In this document: piece by piece, positions 18,142-28,975 of the stretch | Layout: every line of letters begins with the position of its first letter | Position numbering within the stretch: position 1 is the stretch's first letter | Source: a virus | Reading direction: 5' to 3' (one strand) | IMG/VR virus record: IMGVR_UViG_3300043788_000114 | Location: 1 to 64,000 of that record | Length of the DNA stretch: 64,000 nt | Program-made: the position numbers and the translations under genes | The notes under the pieces: model-generated | The model's input: only the letters and a program-made list of their open reading frames with translations | Databases searched by the model: none | Told to the model about the DNA's origin: nothing

Positions 18142-19386
18142 GTGGCGTTCGGCAACATGATCCAAGAGATGCTCGGTGTCCCCGGCATGAACCGGGGCCT
18201 CGCGGCGACGCGGATCAATGAGGCCTTTACCAAGATACAAAATGAGAACGTCTGGTCGTTCCAGTGCCAGACTGGTGGGTGGCTGACGGCAAATCTTCTG
18301 GGTGGGCCAACGACACAGAGTTCATTTCTCAGCCCCGGCACGATCACGGTCAACCCATTCTCGACGACGATCACAGCGGACCCAGTAGCCACGCTGTGGT
18401 GGACGATGCCGGTCCCATATCCTCCCTTCCTGACGCAGCAGCAAATCCGCGTGCCTCTGTACTCCCTCTACTCGATCATCGCGCTCGGGAATAACGGGAC
18501 GGTAGCCTACGCGACGCTATTGACTGCGGGCTCCGGCCAGACACCGGGAACATATACGGTCCCTGTGATAGATAACGGAGGACCCGGAGCAGGAGCAACC
18601 GTTTCGATAACAGTAAACGCGGATGGTACGGTAACACTTCCTCCGATTGTCACGAATCCGGGAAGCGGATATGTGGCACCGGGGATCAACTTCGCAGAGG
18701 GAGGTATTCCTGCGACGTTTTCTGTAACTCTGATTGCGACCGCGACAATTGACAGGCCATGGATGGAGCCACCGCAGGTAAACGCGAACTACGCTATCTA
18801 CCAAGCGTATTATCCGGCGCTCCCCGGATTCAAACGGTGGTTCAACATCAGGGACACGACCAACGATGAACCGATGAACTGGTACGACCTGACACAGATC
18901 GATCTATCGGAGATTGATCCGCAACGCGAGATATTCGATCAGCCCGAGTATGTGGTTCCGTTTGGAATCGACAACAGGCCGGGGAGCGCGACTCTCGGTC
19001 AGCAACTTTACGAACTATGGCCGCACCCTATTACTCAACTTCCGTATACGTTCATGTGCCAGTGTAACTGGCCGAACCTGCAAAATCCGACAGACACCGT
19101 TCCGTATCCGCTCACTGAAGAGTTGGTGAAGCAGAGAACTTATGAGATGGTCGCATTATGGAAGGAATCACAAAAGGGCGACGATCAAGAGAGAGGTTCT
19201 GGTGCAAATTGGCAGTTCTTGACTAAGGCGCACCACGAGGAATACAAGGACGATCTTAGACAGATTCGAATAATGGATCGTCACCTTATAGAGTTGTATT
19301 TCACTAAGGCCCGAATGAGTGTTCCGTTCAATGCAGGCGAGCCGTTCACGAATACCAACGGAACTGCCAATGTGGGTTATTGGTAA
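18142..19386 (+). CDS. Head-tail adaptor-like virion protein with inserted domain
   Basis: RINEAFTKI...WSF N-terminus, YELWPHP, helical C-terminus. Confidence 0.6.
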   Translation: MAFGNMIQEMLGVPGMNRGLAATRINEAFTKIQNENVWSFQCQTGGWLTANLLGGPTTQSSFLSPGTITVNPFSTTITADPVATLWWTMPVPYPPFLTQQQIRVPLYSLYSIIALGNNGTVAYATLLTAGSGQTPGTYTVPVIDNGGPGAGATVSITVNADGTVTLPPIVTNPGSGYVAPGINFAEGGIPATFSVTLIATATIDRPWMEPPQVNANYAIYQAYYPALPGFKRWFNIRDTTNDEPMNWYDLTQIDLSEIDPQREIFDQPEYVVPFGIDNRPGSATLGQQLYELWPHPITQLPYTFMCQCNWPNLQNPTDTVPYPLTEELVKQRTYEMVALWKESQKGDDQERGSGANWQFLTKAHHEEYKDDLRQIRIMDRHLIELYFTKARMSVPFNAGEPFTNTNGTANVGYW

Positions 19387-19398
19387 CAAGGAGGATTC

Positions 19399-19800
19399 AT
19401 GCCAGCATATCCCGGTCCCGGACTAGCAGAACTACTGAGAGTCAATCGTCAGGCGTACATGTGGGAGAACGAGGTTCCTCCCGCTGGATTGTATCCCGGC
19501 TCTCTCAGTGTCGCTTATCTTTTGGAGCGCCTCGACTACGCTTCTTATCCGTGGGGTGCTTCCTTTGAGGCATGGTTCTCCGCAGACCCCGGCGCGTTTG
19601 AGATCGACATTGTAGGGGCCAACATCGATCAGCCTCAGAATTACATTCAACTCGGTACGATTACATCGGCGCAAAGTTATGTCCCCGGATTTTTTGTTGG
19701 ACGATGGGACATGCCTTCCAATATCTGGGTAAAGTACGTTGCATCGTACATAGTATCCCTGACAAACGCAGTGGACGTTAAGCTCATGGTGACACGGTAA
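19399..19800 (+). CDS. Putative virion protein
   Basis: SD GGAGG; beta-sandwich-like. Confidence 0.6.
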   Translation: MPAYPGPGLAELLRVNRQAYMWENEVPPAGLYPGSLSVAYLLERLDYASYPWGASFEAWFSADPGAFEIDIVGANIDQPQNYIQLGTITSAQSYVPGFFVGRWDMPSNIWVKYVASYIVSLTNAVDVKLMVTR

Positions 19801-21281
19801 TGAAGAACATTTTTGCGGTTATGGTCCTCGCTTTCGCTTCATTGGCTTTTGCTCAAGGGAATCCTCCGCCAGTTGCTTCCTACATACTCAGTGGCGGAAA
19901 ATTTGTTCCCGCCCCGACCACTGCTAGTCTCGGAGCGATTTCCTATAATCCTCCACCAGCGGCCCTCTACTGCTTCAATTCATCGACGAAGAAATGGGTT
20001 CCTGCTGACTCTTCGTGCTTCGGCGGAGGAGGCGGCGGTGGGGTAACGTGGCCTACATCCGGGGATGTCGTTGTCAGTAATGGAACGAATTCGCCAAGTG
20101 GACTAGCACCGGTCAACGGCGATTGCGTTGTGGGAGCCGGAGGAGTATGGACAGTAGGAGGATGCGGCTCCGGCATCAGCGGAGGGACATCCGGTCAGGT
20201 TGCGGTGTTTGGTTCTGCTTCGACAATAACAAGTGGGATTCCTGTTGGTAGCACTGGAAATGACATTCTTCAATTGACTGGAGGACTCATTGCAGCATCA
20301 GTAATTCCAACACCGACAGGCTCAAGCCTTGGAGGAGTCGAATCCAGCAGTGGCGCGACGCACACTTTCGCCAACGCAATGCTTTCGAGTGGGACACTTC
20401 AATATGCCCAACCAGCCTTTACTGACATCAGCGGCAATCTTGGGACTGGGCAAGGACCGACCGCGATAACCAATATACTGTATGACAATGCCGGTACTTT
20501 GCAGGCAGCTACCGGTTCGGAGGTCAACACACTCATCCAAGGGCTCACCGGATGTAACACGGCGAGCAACGTATACACTCCGCAGAGCGGGACATGTGTA
20601 GCCCCGTCTGGAGGAACCAGCGTTACCGCAGCGCCGCCCTACGTCGAGATCGGATCGACCTTTTACGACCACGATTTTTATGCGGTAACCAAACCGGTCG
20701 GTTTTTCCAGCGGGTGCACGTTTAGTTCATCCTTCACATGGCTGAATAGCGTTACGCCGACTACCTGTACAAATGGGACAAACGGCAACGTTCTTATTCA
20801 GACTACTTCCGCTATTGTCGCGTGGGCGAGCGAGTCAGGATCGTCGAGTGTGGAGTGTGTGTTTAATGCAACGAGCAATATGGATTCAGGATTCGTGGGC
20901 TCTGGATGCTGGATTTACGACTCAACCAATGGGAAGATTTACGTTTTGGAGCCGGAGGTAGACGGAACTGGAATCGGATCGTACCAGATGTATCTTGCGA
21001 TCTACACCTGCACGTCACCTTGCACATCGGCGAATCCTTCGTTTAGCTCGAACGCTCTTACGGCCCTTCCGGGAGCGTATGGATTTGGATCGAACGCGCA
21101 TCTTAAATTGTCAGTGGCTTCTACGACTCTTACCGCAGCGATATGCCTCGATGGTGGGGCGAGCGCTTGCAGCCCGCTTATCACTGAGTCGGTCGGAACG
21201 ATCACCAAAGGCGGCTACATGATCAATGGCGCGTCGAGTGTAACGCTTACCGATGACATCATGAGCATCCTCGTCCAATGA
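19800..21281 (+). CDS. Fibre/spike-like G/S/T/C-rich protein with Sec signal peptide
   Basis: MKNIFAVMVLAFASLAFA/QG; shares repeats with the next ORF. Confidence 0.75.
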   Translation: MKNIFAVMVLAFASLAFAQGNPPPVASYILSGGKFVPAPTTASLGAISYNPPPAALYCFNSSTKKWVPADSSCFGGGGGGGVTWPTSGDVVVSNGTNSPSGLAPVNGDCVVGAGGVWTVGGCGSGISGGTSGQVAVFGSASTITSGIPVGSTGNDILQLTGGLIAASVIPTPTGSSLGGVESSSGATHTFANAMLSSGTLQYAQPAFTDISGNLGTGQGPTAITNILYDNAGTLQAATGSEVNTLIQGLTGCNTASNVYTPQSGTCVAPSGGTSVTAAPPYVEIGSTFYDHDFYAVTKPVGFSSGCTFSSSFTWLNSVTPTTCTNGTNGNVLIQTTSAIVAWASESGSSSVECVFNATSNMDSGFVGSGCWIYDSTNGKIYVLEPEVDGTGIGSYQMYLAIYTCTSPCTSANPSFSSNALTALPGAYGFGSNAHLKLSVASTTLTAAICLDGGASACSPLITESVGTITKGGYMINGASSVTLTDDIMSILVQ

Positions 21282-24200
21282 AACTACGCCATGCCATCCC
21301 GTTATTTATTATGGTCGTGATCACCGGACGTGTGTCTGCTCAGACATCAGCGTTCAATGGTTTCTGCTACCAAGGAGGAATTCAGTCTCAGACATCAGGA
21401 TTGCCGTCGTCGAATTTTCTGCTAGGCGTCATCCCGAATTGCACCGTAACGGTATACCTGACCGGCACGACCACGAAAGCTACGATCTATGCGGACGCTT
21501 TAAGCACACATCTCTCGAATCCGTTTAAGGCGAAGATCATCGGTTCGACGGGAGCGGGACAGTGGCTCTTCTATGCTCCGAATGGTCAGACATACGACGT
21601 TGTGATGAGCGGCGGCAATTCTCCTCTCACATATCCATCCCCTGTAACACTCACGGGACTTGGCGGCGGATCGGGAGGCGGCGGAAGCGGGCCTCTAATT
21701 CAGACAAACGGCACGAACAACGTTCTCCAAACGCTGCTCAATTTCCAGAACACGGCAACAGTAAATTTCTCAAATCCGAGCGGAGGAATCGAACAGGCTT
21801 TTTGCAACACCACCAGCGGCGTGGGATCGCTCGGATGCTTCTTCATTCCTCTCACTGGTACCGGGGCTCCTTCGGCATCATGCTCGATCTCGAACGCAAG
21901 CCAGAATTACTATGACATTAACCCCGGAGTCACAAGTCCAACAGTATACATTTGCAAACTTGTCGGATCGTCTTATGCGTGGCAAGCAATTGCCACGGGA
22001 AGCATGGTCTATCCGGGCGCTGGAGTTCCGCTGTCAACAGGTTCAGCTTGGGGAACAAGTTACGCGGTACAAGGAACCGATTCCAAGCTGTTATCGTCTG
22101 GAATAGTTTCCGGAATAGCGGGTGCCTTACTTTGCCTCGACGGGGCAGGCGGTGCTTCGACAGGCGGATGCACCGTGCTAGTTCCAGTCTTTCAACATAA
22201 TGGAACTAACCTTGTCAATCAATCCACGATAAACTTTAATGACACTACGCCAGCACCTCCAGCCGGGTTCACAAACGTCACCTTCCAGACAAATTCTGGA
22301 GGCGCGATCTCTGCTTACGTCCCTACGCAGAACGGTTTTCAGATGCAACAAATCCCGCCACAGTCGGGTCAGTATGTGATCGTTTATGCTACCGCGAGCG
22401 CTAATAGCACCATTGGAGTTTCCGATGCCAACTCATCGAATGTATGGGGCATATTAAGCACTGGGCCACTAGGACTTGGGGGTAACGGAGAAGCAAGCAT
22501 CGTATGGAGCGGATTCACGCTTCCAAGTTATGTTAACCCAGCAAATGTCACTTCCGTATGGGCATCAGCAACATCTGAAAGCGGACCAAATCCACCCGGT
22601 TCCGGAACTTGCTTAGGCGGACCAATCGAAACTAGTACCGATTACAGCTTGTCAATCGCTGCGACAGGAACAGGAATCGGAACTTTCAACCTGATCCCCG
22701 GTGGAGGTGGATCGGTAAAAGGAAATGCGCTAGGCACAACTACAGATGAACTTACCGGGATGACAGGGGCAAATGTCCCATCGATCACAGTAAACGGTAC
22801 TTTACAAGCATCGGGGACATGCGTAGGTTCAAACTACGCTAATATCCCCCAAGTTCTTCTATACGTTTACTACACCGGAACAGCACCTCCAGCGGATAAC
22901 AATGTGATGGTGCAGCCGCCACTACAGTTCGCTGACAACACTCTCAGCATCAGTTCTCAAGCGCATTTTCCGGGAACGTCTTTGGTACCGACGACGATAA
23001 ACGCGCTACCTGATGCGGAGACATCTACCGATTGGTTAGTTCCAATCACAAACGGTGTAAGCTCGACAGATTGTACGACTGGCGGCGGATCGCACTACGT
23101 TATTTGCCAAAGCAATGGTTCATCTTGGTCATCGTATAACGTTTCTGGTGCTGTCTCGTCCGTCTCAAATTCAGATAGTAGCCTCACCTTTTCCCCAACG
23201 ACAGGTGCAGTAGTTGGCTCTCTCAATGTTGCCCACTCAAACACTTGGACAGCAACGCAAACGATGAGTGGACTTGTGCTCAGCGGGATCACCGGCTCTA
23301 CGCAATGCCTTCAGGTGAACTCTGGAGGAACGGTTTCAGGAACAGGATCGGCTTGCGGATCGGGAAGCTCAGGAATTAGCGGTGGAGTGTCAGGTCAGGT
23401 GGCGATATTCGGGTCGGCCACGACCATCACCAGCGGCATTGCGCTTGGCACAACCGGCAGCGACATCCCACAACTAAGCGGTGGACTCCTCAACAATTCA
23501 GTGGTCAATTGGGCGGCTCCGGGTGCCATCGGCAGCGGTACGCCGAATACAGGGTCATTCACGACGCTCGCAGCGAGCAGCACAGTCACATTTCCGGGAA
23601 TCGAAGGCGCGGGTACATATTGCGTTCAAGTGAGCGCCACAGGCGTGTTGAGCAACACCGGAGCGGCCTGCGGGTCAGGGAGCGGAGCAGTCAATTCAGT
23701 TTCAAATTCGGACAGCACATTGGTTTTCTCTCCGACAACCGGCGCTGTAGTGGGTTCCCTGAATCTTGCCAACGCGAATGCGTGGACAGCGCTTCAGACT
23801 TTTGGAACTCATATTTCGATTGGCGGAGTCACAGCAACCGGTGCGACGGGAACAGGCAATGTCGTCTTCTCGGCATCGCCGACACTCACTGGAACCTTGA
23901 TTGCCGCCAATATGAATACGAGCGGTACAGTGACAATGACCGGCATCGAGGCAGCAAGCTCAACGTCGTGCTTGCAAATCAGCACGTCGGGTTCGGTCAC
24001 AAACACGGGTACGGCCTGCGGAGCGGGCGGAAGCGGTCTTTCTGGAGTCAACAAGCAGACGAGCAGCTACACAGCAGTATCCGGAGACAACAACAAAGCT
24101 ATTCCATTCGATTGTTCGTCTACTTGTTCCCTCACATTGCCAACGTCGGTTCCAGCCGCTCCATGGACGGTATTCGCGATGGATTGGGGAGTGACAACAA

Positions 24201-26260
24201 TCTCGATTATACCGACAAGTGGGGCGCACCTCTACGCAGTGAGCGGCGCTGATCTAGGTACCGGAACTCTTAATCCGGGAATGGGGTTATCGATCTGGTC
24301 GGATGGAATCAATTACTTCATCAATCAGGGGGGGATTGTCACCGGTAGCAATGTGGTTCCGGAGTACGTTCAGTCACTATACAATAATAATCCGACGCCT
24401 CCTACAACCATCACTTACACAACGGATGTATCTCCGGGAAGTGCTTTGGTATTTGAGGGATACCATTCTTCTAGCAGTGTAACGGCAACAATTACTGACA
24501 ATCAAGGAGACACATTCAATCTATACAATTACCAGCAGGTAAGTGGTGAGTTTGACTTGAGACAATGGGTAGCCTGCAACGCCAAGGGTGGACCAACTAC
24601 CATTACAACTTCGCTCGCATTCTCTGTTCTATTTGCTTATGAATTTTCTAACGTAGCATCATCTTCGTGCGTCGATGGAAATAATTCAGCGCAAGGGAGT
24701 AACGTCGCATCACTTGGAACAGGATCAGTAACAACCACCGATCCATTCGATCTGATATTTGTTTCTGGAGCAGGTAGAGCTATAAATAGGACGTACACTG
24801 AAGCCAACGGGTACACGGATATACTGACTCTTCCATATTTCGCCAGTGCTCTGAATTATCAGGCGTGGTATGGAATTCAGCCATCAACCGGTTCACTTTC
24901 TGATACGGTTACCTACTTCACATCCGCTGATCCGGGAGGATACTACGCAGGAATTCTCGCTCTCAAGCCAGCGGCAAATACGAATGCTATTATCGAAGGC
25001 GATTTGATCGCAGCGCAACCGAATGGTTCACTTGGAGCCTTGCACGCTGGAGTAGATGGATACGTTCTAACGTCGAACGGTCCCGGAACTATTCCGACTT
25101 ACCAAGCGCCGTCCGGAAGTGGAACAGTGGTACCGTCATCTAGATACGACGCCCCATATTATTCAGCCACGGGTTCCGGAAGTACGCTAACGGGGGTTGC
25201 GATCAACGGGTTCCAATACGATTCGACCTCTGGGGTACCTGCCGCTGCCACTGCTTCTCAGGCCGCTACACTGATTCAGGGTCTTTCTGGGTGCTCTACG
25301 TCAGGATTCGTATTTACGCCAGCAGGAAGCGATTGCATAAATGTCAGCGCGATTAGCGGTGGAGTTTCAGGGGAAGTAGCTCTATTCGGGTCTGCGACCA
25401 CAATCACGAGCGGCGTCCAGTTGGGTACAACAGGCAGCGATATTCCGCAACTTAGCGGCGGTCTACTGGCTACATCGATTCTTCCGAAAGCAACTGCGAG
25501 TGCGTTCGGAGCAGTCGAGGGTGATGGATCAACGATCACTCTTGCCTCCGGTGTCATCAGTTGCACCACGGCAACGACATCGCAGGTAGGTTGCGTAAAG
25601 CCAGATGGCACGACCATAGCGATCACTGGAGGAGTGATCAGCGTCATCTCTCCGGGACTTGGCCTGCCAACGAAGTCATATACATCAAGCCAAACCGCGT
25701 CAAGCGCAGACAATAATTACGAAGTGGTAATGAATTGCAACTCCTGCAATTACACCCTGCCTGCGACTCAGCCATCAACGCAGTGGACAATTGGTTTGCA
25801 ATTCCGTGGCACCGGAGACGCACTGGTTCTGGCTTCAGGGGCCAGCTACAACTCGAATACCAATTCTCCGCAGGTGTACGAAGACCAACTTATCTCAATC
25901 ACTGCCAACCAGCAGACGACAACAGACTACATCGGTCCTAATCTTCTGGCGTCCAGCGCGCCGACGTATACGGCAGGAGCGAGCGTTACTTCTTGCGGTC
26001 AGGCCTCTGGATACACCAACACGAATGATCGCGGTGAAGTAACGATTGTCGGTGGATCGGCCACAACCGGAACGATCTGCACGGTAAACTTCTCGTCTAC
26101 ACTCAACTACGCGCCGGGACTTTGCACGGTTAATCAAAATGGTGGAACCACATTATTCAGTATCGGACATGGAACCGCAAGCACTACCAGCTTCACGATT
26201 ACTGCTGGAATATCCGTTATATCGTCGACTGTTAATGTGGACTACAGGTGTTCGCCTTGA
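21278..26260 (+). CDS. Large fibre-like protein (1660 aa) with Sec signal peptide
   Basis: MKLRHAIPLFIMVVITGRVSA/Q; VTVYLTGTTTKATIYAD...NPF N-terminal module; internal repeats. Confidence 0.8.
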   Translation: MKLRHAIPLFIMVVITGRVSAQTSAFNGFCYQGGIQSQTSGLPSSNFLLGVIPNCTVTVYLTGTTTKATIYADALSTHLSNPFKAKIIGSTGAGQWLFYAPNGQTYDVVMSGGNSPLTYPSPVTLTGLGGGSGGGGSGPLIQTNGTNNVLQTLLNFQNTATVNFSNPSGGIEQAFCNTTSGVGSLGCFFIPLTGTGAPSASCSISNASQNYYDINPGVTSPTVYICKLVGSSYAWQAIATGSMVYPGAGVPLSTGSAWGTSYAVQGTDSKLLSSGIVSGIAGALLCLDGAGGASTGGCTVLVPVFQHNGTNLVNQSTINFNDTTPAPPAGFTNVTFQTNSGGAISAYVPTQNGFQMQQIPPQSGQYVIVYATASANSTIGVSDANSSNVWGILSTGPLGLGGNGEASIVWSGFTLPSYVNPANVTSVWASATSESGPNPPGSGTCLGGPIETSTDYSLSIAATGTGIGTFNLIPGGGGSVKGNALGTTTDELTGMTGANVPSITVNGTLQASGTCVGSNYANIPQVLLYVYYTGTAPPADNNVMVQPPLQFADNTLSISSQAHFPGTSLVPTTINALPDAETSTDWLVPITNGVSSTDCTTGGGSHYVICQSNGSSWSSYNVSGAVSSVSNSDSSLTFSPTTGAVVGSLNVAHSNTWTATQTMSGLVLSGITGSTQCLQVNSGGTVSGTGSACGSGSSGISGGVSGQVAIFGSATTITSGIALGTTGSDIPQLSGGLLNNSVVNWAAPGAIGSGTPNTGSFTTLAASSTVTFPGIEGAGTYCVQVSATGVLSNTGAACGSGSGAVNSVSNSDSTLVFSPTTGAVVGSLNLANANAWTALQTFGTHISIGGVTATGATGTGNVVFSASPTLTGTLIAANMNTSGTVTMTGIEAASSTSCLQISTSGSVTNTGTACGAGGSGLSGVNKQTSSYTAVSGDNNKAIPFDCSSTCSLTLPTSVPAAPWTVFAMDWGVTTISIIPTSGAHLYAVSGADLGTGTLNPGMGLSIWSDGINYFINQGGIVTGSNVVPEYVQSLYNNNPTPPTTITYTTDVSPGSALVFEGYHSSSSVTATITDNQGDTFNLYNYQQVSGEFDLRQWVACNAKGGPTTITTSLAFSVLFAYEFSNVASSSCVDGNNSAQGSNVASLGTGSVTTTDPFDLIFVSGAGRAINRTYTEANGYTDILTLPYFASALNYQAWYGIQPSTGSLSDTVTYFTSADPGGYYAGILALKPAANTNAIIEGDLIAAQPNGSLGALHAGVDGYVLTSNGPGTIPTYQAPSGSGTVVPSSRYDAPYYSATGSGSTLTGVAINGFQYDSTSGVPAAATASQAATLIQGLSGCSTSGFVFTPAGSDCINVSAISGGVSGEVALFGSATTITSGVQLGTTGSDIPQLSGGLLATSILPKATASAFGAVEGDGSTITLASGVISCTTATTSQVGCVKPDGTTIAITGGVISVISPGLGLPTKSYTSSQTASSADNNYEVVMNCNSCNYTLPATQPSTQWTIGLQFRGTGDALVLASGASYNSNTNSPQVYEDQLISITANQQTTTDYIGPNLLASSAPTYTAGASVTSCGQASGYTNTNDRGEVTIVGGSATTGTICTVNFSSTLNYAPGLCTVNQNGGTTLFSIGHGTASTTSFTITAGISVISSTVNVDYRCSP

Positions 26261-26270
26261 GGGGGAAGTG

Positions 26271-28397
26271 ATGAAGTTGCGCTTTTTCATACCACTCATT
26301 ATCGCGTTCCAGATAATGGCGCAGTCTCCGTCTGCGTTTCTCGATTCGTCGCGTTACACGACGGCATGGCCGAGCGCGGGATTCTCGGTGCCTTCGTACA
26401 CGGTTCCCTGCGCGACACAGCCGTCGCTGACTGCTGGATCGGGAGCCGCGTCAGCCAACGCTACATCGATCCAGAACGCAATGGCGTCCTGCAATTCGAC
26501 GCACAATGTGGTCAACATTCCTGCCGGAACATGGTACGTGACGGCGCTTAGCACCTACACGCTATCGGCTCCGGGAAAGATGGTGATTCGTGGCGCGAGT
26601 GCTTCGACGAGCGATCTGATCTTCACGGCGGGGACGGGATGCACCGGGGGACTGACTACGGGAATTTGCTTTAAGGACACCCTAGGCCTCTACAACTGCT
26701 CGCAGCAGGTCATCCCATCCGGCAACGCGGCACCGTGTCTTGGCGGAGGATCGGGGAGCGGTGCGAATATGTGCAACTGGACAGCCGGATATTCGCAAGG
26801 CACAACTTCGATCACGCTTAATGGCTGCGGGTCGGCTCCGCCGGTAAACCAGACAATCATCCTCGATCAGGCCAACGACACAAGCGATACGTCCGGCGTC
26901 TACATCTGCGACACGAACATTGCGAACTGCGGGTATGAAAGTTCATCGGGTGGAAACAACAATGGGCGCTTTTTTAGCGGAGCTACGAGGTCTCAGCAGC
27001 AAGTGGCCTATGTGACTGCGGTGAGCGGTTCCGGGTCAGGACCGTACACCGTTACAATCTCTCCGGGTGTCTACTTCACGAACATCAGGTCAGGCCAATC
27101 GCCCGGAGCGTGGTGGCCGGGATTCGTTCAAAATCTTGGCATCGAAAATATCACCCTCGATGGATCGAATCTTTCAGGAGGAGCGACTGTCGGTTTCTAC
27201 GACTGCTACCAGTGTTGGGTGAAAGGCGTCCGCTCTCTGAATGCGGGAAGGAATCACGTCATGCCTTACCAGAGCGGTTTCGATGTGGTCCGTGACAGCT
27301 ATTTTTATCAATCTCAGTCTCATGCCTCGCAGAGTTATGTGGTTGAGGATGAGGAAGCATCTGGGATACTGGTCGAGAACAACATTTTCCAGCAAGTGAC
27401 CAATCCCACGATGTTCGGGCAGTGCTCTGGCTGCGTGACCGACTACAACTTCAGCGTGAACAATCCCTATACCGGGGCGGATTCGTGGATGGCTGGATCG
27501 TACTCCGTCCACAATGCTGGCAATGAGATGAATCTGTTTGAGGGGAACAACTTCAACGGCATCTGGGCCGATGACGCATGGGGATCGAGCGACCAGACGA
27601 CCTATTTCAGAAACATGCTCATCGGCTGGCAGGCGTGCAGTTGGAACACGGGTGGAGGAGTTACTTGCAGCCCAACAGGAGAATCGAATGCGACGTTTCC
27701 TGTGATGATGCGCGCCAATGACCGCGTATTCAATATGGTTGGGAATGTGCTCGGACAGCCGGGGTACCACAATCAATATCAGACCTATGCAACCTCAACG
27801 ACGGCTGGAACCGGGGCAGCGAACGAGAATACGAGTATCTACACGCTCGGATGGGGAGGTACAGGACCGGTCTGTTCGTCGGGATCGGTGACGAACTGCG
27901 ACCCGCTGAGCTTTTCTACCTTGATGCGGTGGGGAAACTGGGATGTGGTTAACGGTGCTACGCAGTGGAACGCAACCGAAGCGAGTCCGGGGGCTGTAAC
28001 TTACGTCAATGCCAACTTCACGTCGAGCTATTTCACAAGCCTTGCCCACACCCTTCCGAGTTCTCTGATTTATTCTTCTGCTCCGTCGTGGTGGGGATCG
28101 GGAAACTGGCCCGCTATCGGCCCTGACGTGACGGCAGGGAACGTGGGAATCTGCGCGAGCGGCACGTATCAGAACTCGCAGGCGTCTAGTGCGGGGCAAT
28201 GCGGTAGCGGGAGCCTGACTACTTCGTATGCATCTCACGTCTCTGCGATTCCGGCTCAACTCTGCTACTTGAATACGATGAATGGACCGCCGGATGGGTC
28301 CGGTTCCGTGCTAACGTTTAATGCAGCCACATGCTATTCGTTTTCATCGACGACACCCGGATCACCGCTAAATCTTTTAGGAACCGTATCGCCATAG
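26271..28397 (+). CDS. Right-handed beta-helix (pectate-lyase-like/depolymerase) protein with signal peptide
   Basis: IQNAM..C...VVNIPAGTW...VIRGA; GIENITLD; ILVENNIF; NLFEGN; N-terminal hydrophobic stretch. Confidence 0.75.
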   Translation: MKLRFFIPLIIAFQIMAQSPSAFLDSSRYTTAWPSAGFSVPSYTVPCATQPSLTAGSGAASANATSIQNAMASCNSTHNVVNIPAGTWYVTALSTYTLSAPGKMVIRGASASTSDLIFTAGTGCTGGLTTGICFKDTLGLYNCSQQVIPSGNAAPCLGGGSGSGANMCNWTAGYSQGTTSITLNGCGSAPPVNQTIILDQANDTSDTSGVYICDTNIANCGYESSSGGNNNGRFFSGATRSQQQVAYVTAVSGSGSGPYTVTISPGVYFTNIRSGQSPGAWWPGFVQNLGIENITLDGSNLSGGATVGFYDCYQCWVKGVRSLNAGRNHVMPYQSGFDVVRDSYFYQSQSHASQSYVVEDEEASGILVENNIFQQVTNPTMFGQCSGCVTDYNFSVNNPYTGADSWMAGSYSVHNAGNEMNLFEGNNFNGIWADDAWGSSDQTTYFRNMLIGWQACSWNTGGGVTCSPTGESNATFPVMMRANDRVFNMVGNVLGQPGYHNQYQTYATSTTAGTGAANENTSIYTLGWGGTGPVCSSGSVTNCDPLSFSTLMRWGNWDVVNGATQWNATEASPGAVTYVNANFTSSYFTSLAHTLPSSLIYSSAPSWWGSGNWPAIGPDVTAGNVGICASGTYQNSQASSAGQCGSGSLTTSYASHVSAIPAQLCYLNTMNGPPDGSGSVLTFNAATCYSFSSTTPGSPLNLLGTVSP

Positions 28398-28409
28398 GAG
28401 GCAACAATC

Positions 28410-28928
28410 ATGAAGTTAAGAAACATCGCTCTCGCTCTCTCGCTGTTCGCGCTTTCGCTGACCGCAGGCTGTCAAGTCCCGCAACCTTCACCGCAGCCAA
28501 CCGTGAGTCTCACTTGCACGCCATCGAAGGACGCAACTTCGAGCTATCTGTACGTGTTTGCCCGTGCATCCTGCACTAGCGCAACATCGTGCCCAGCCAA
28601 CACAGCAGGGAATACGGCCTACTCGGCGATCAACCCATCTGGCAGCGCGACGTGCTCCATTACGGACACAGCCCCGCTAAGTGGATTCGTTACCTATACG
28701 GTCAGTGAGGTGAATGCCGGAGTGACCGGCCAGCCGTCTGGACAGGTCAATAGCGGCGTTCCGCTGAGCGTTCCGTCATACCCCGGAACTCCCGGAAGCC
28801 TGAATGGGACGCAAACTGCTGCTCTCGCGCCGCCACTCAAGCCAGACGGAAAAACATTGCCGCAGATTGCGTCCAATAAGATTGGGACAGCAACCGGACT
28901 AAAGGCAAAGGTAAACCCCGGTTTTTAA
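28410..28928 (+). CDS. Lipoprotein (FN3-like)
   Basis: Lipobox-like LTAGC after hydrophobic signal. Confidence 0.65.
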   Translation: MKLRNIALALSLFALSLTAGCQVPQPSPQPTVSLTCTPSKDATSSYLYVFARASCTSATSCPANTAGNTAYSAINPSGSATCSITDTAPLSGFVTYTVSEVNAGVTGQPSGQVNSGVPLSVPSYPGTPGSLNGTQTAALAPPLKPDGKTLPQIASNKIGTATGLKAKVNPGF

Positions 28929-28975
28929 TCGCAAGATTGTAATGGGCGCGGTAAAACGCTGATCCGATCAGAAAG

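Noticed and set aside
19800-28397. Diversity-generating retroelement acting on fibres
   Set aside because: No reverse transcriptase in the window, and the repeats do not show adenine-specific differences
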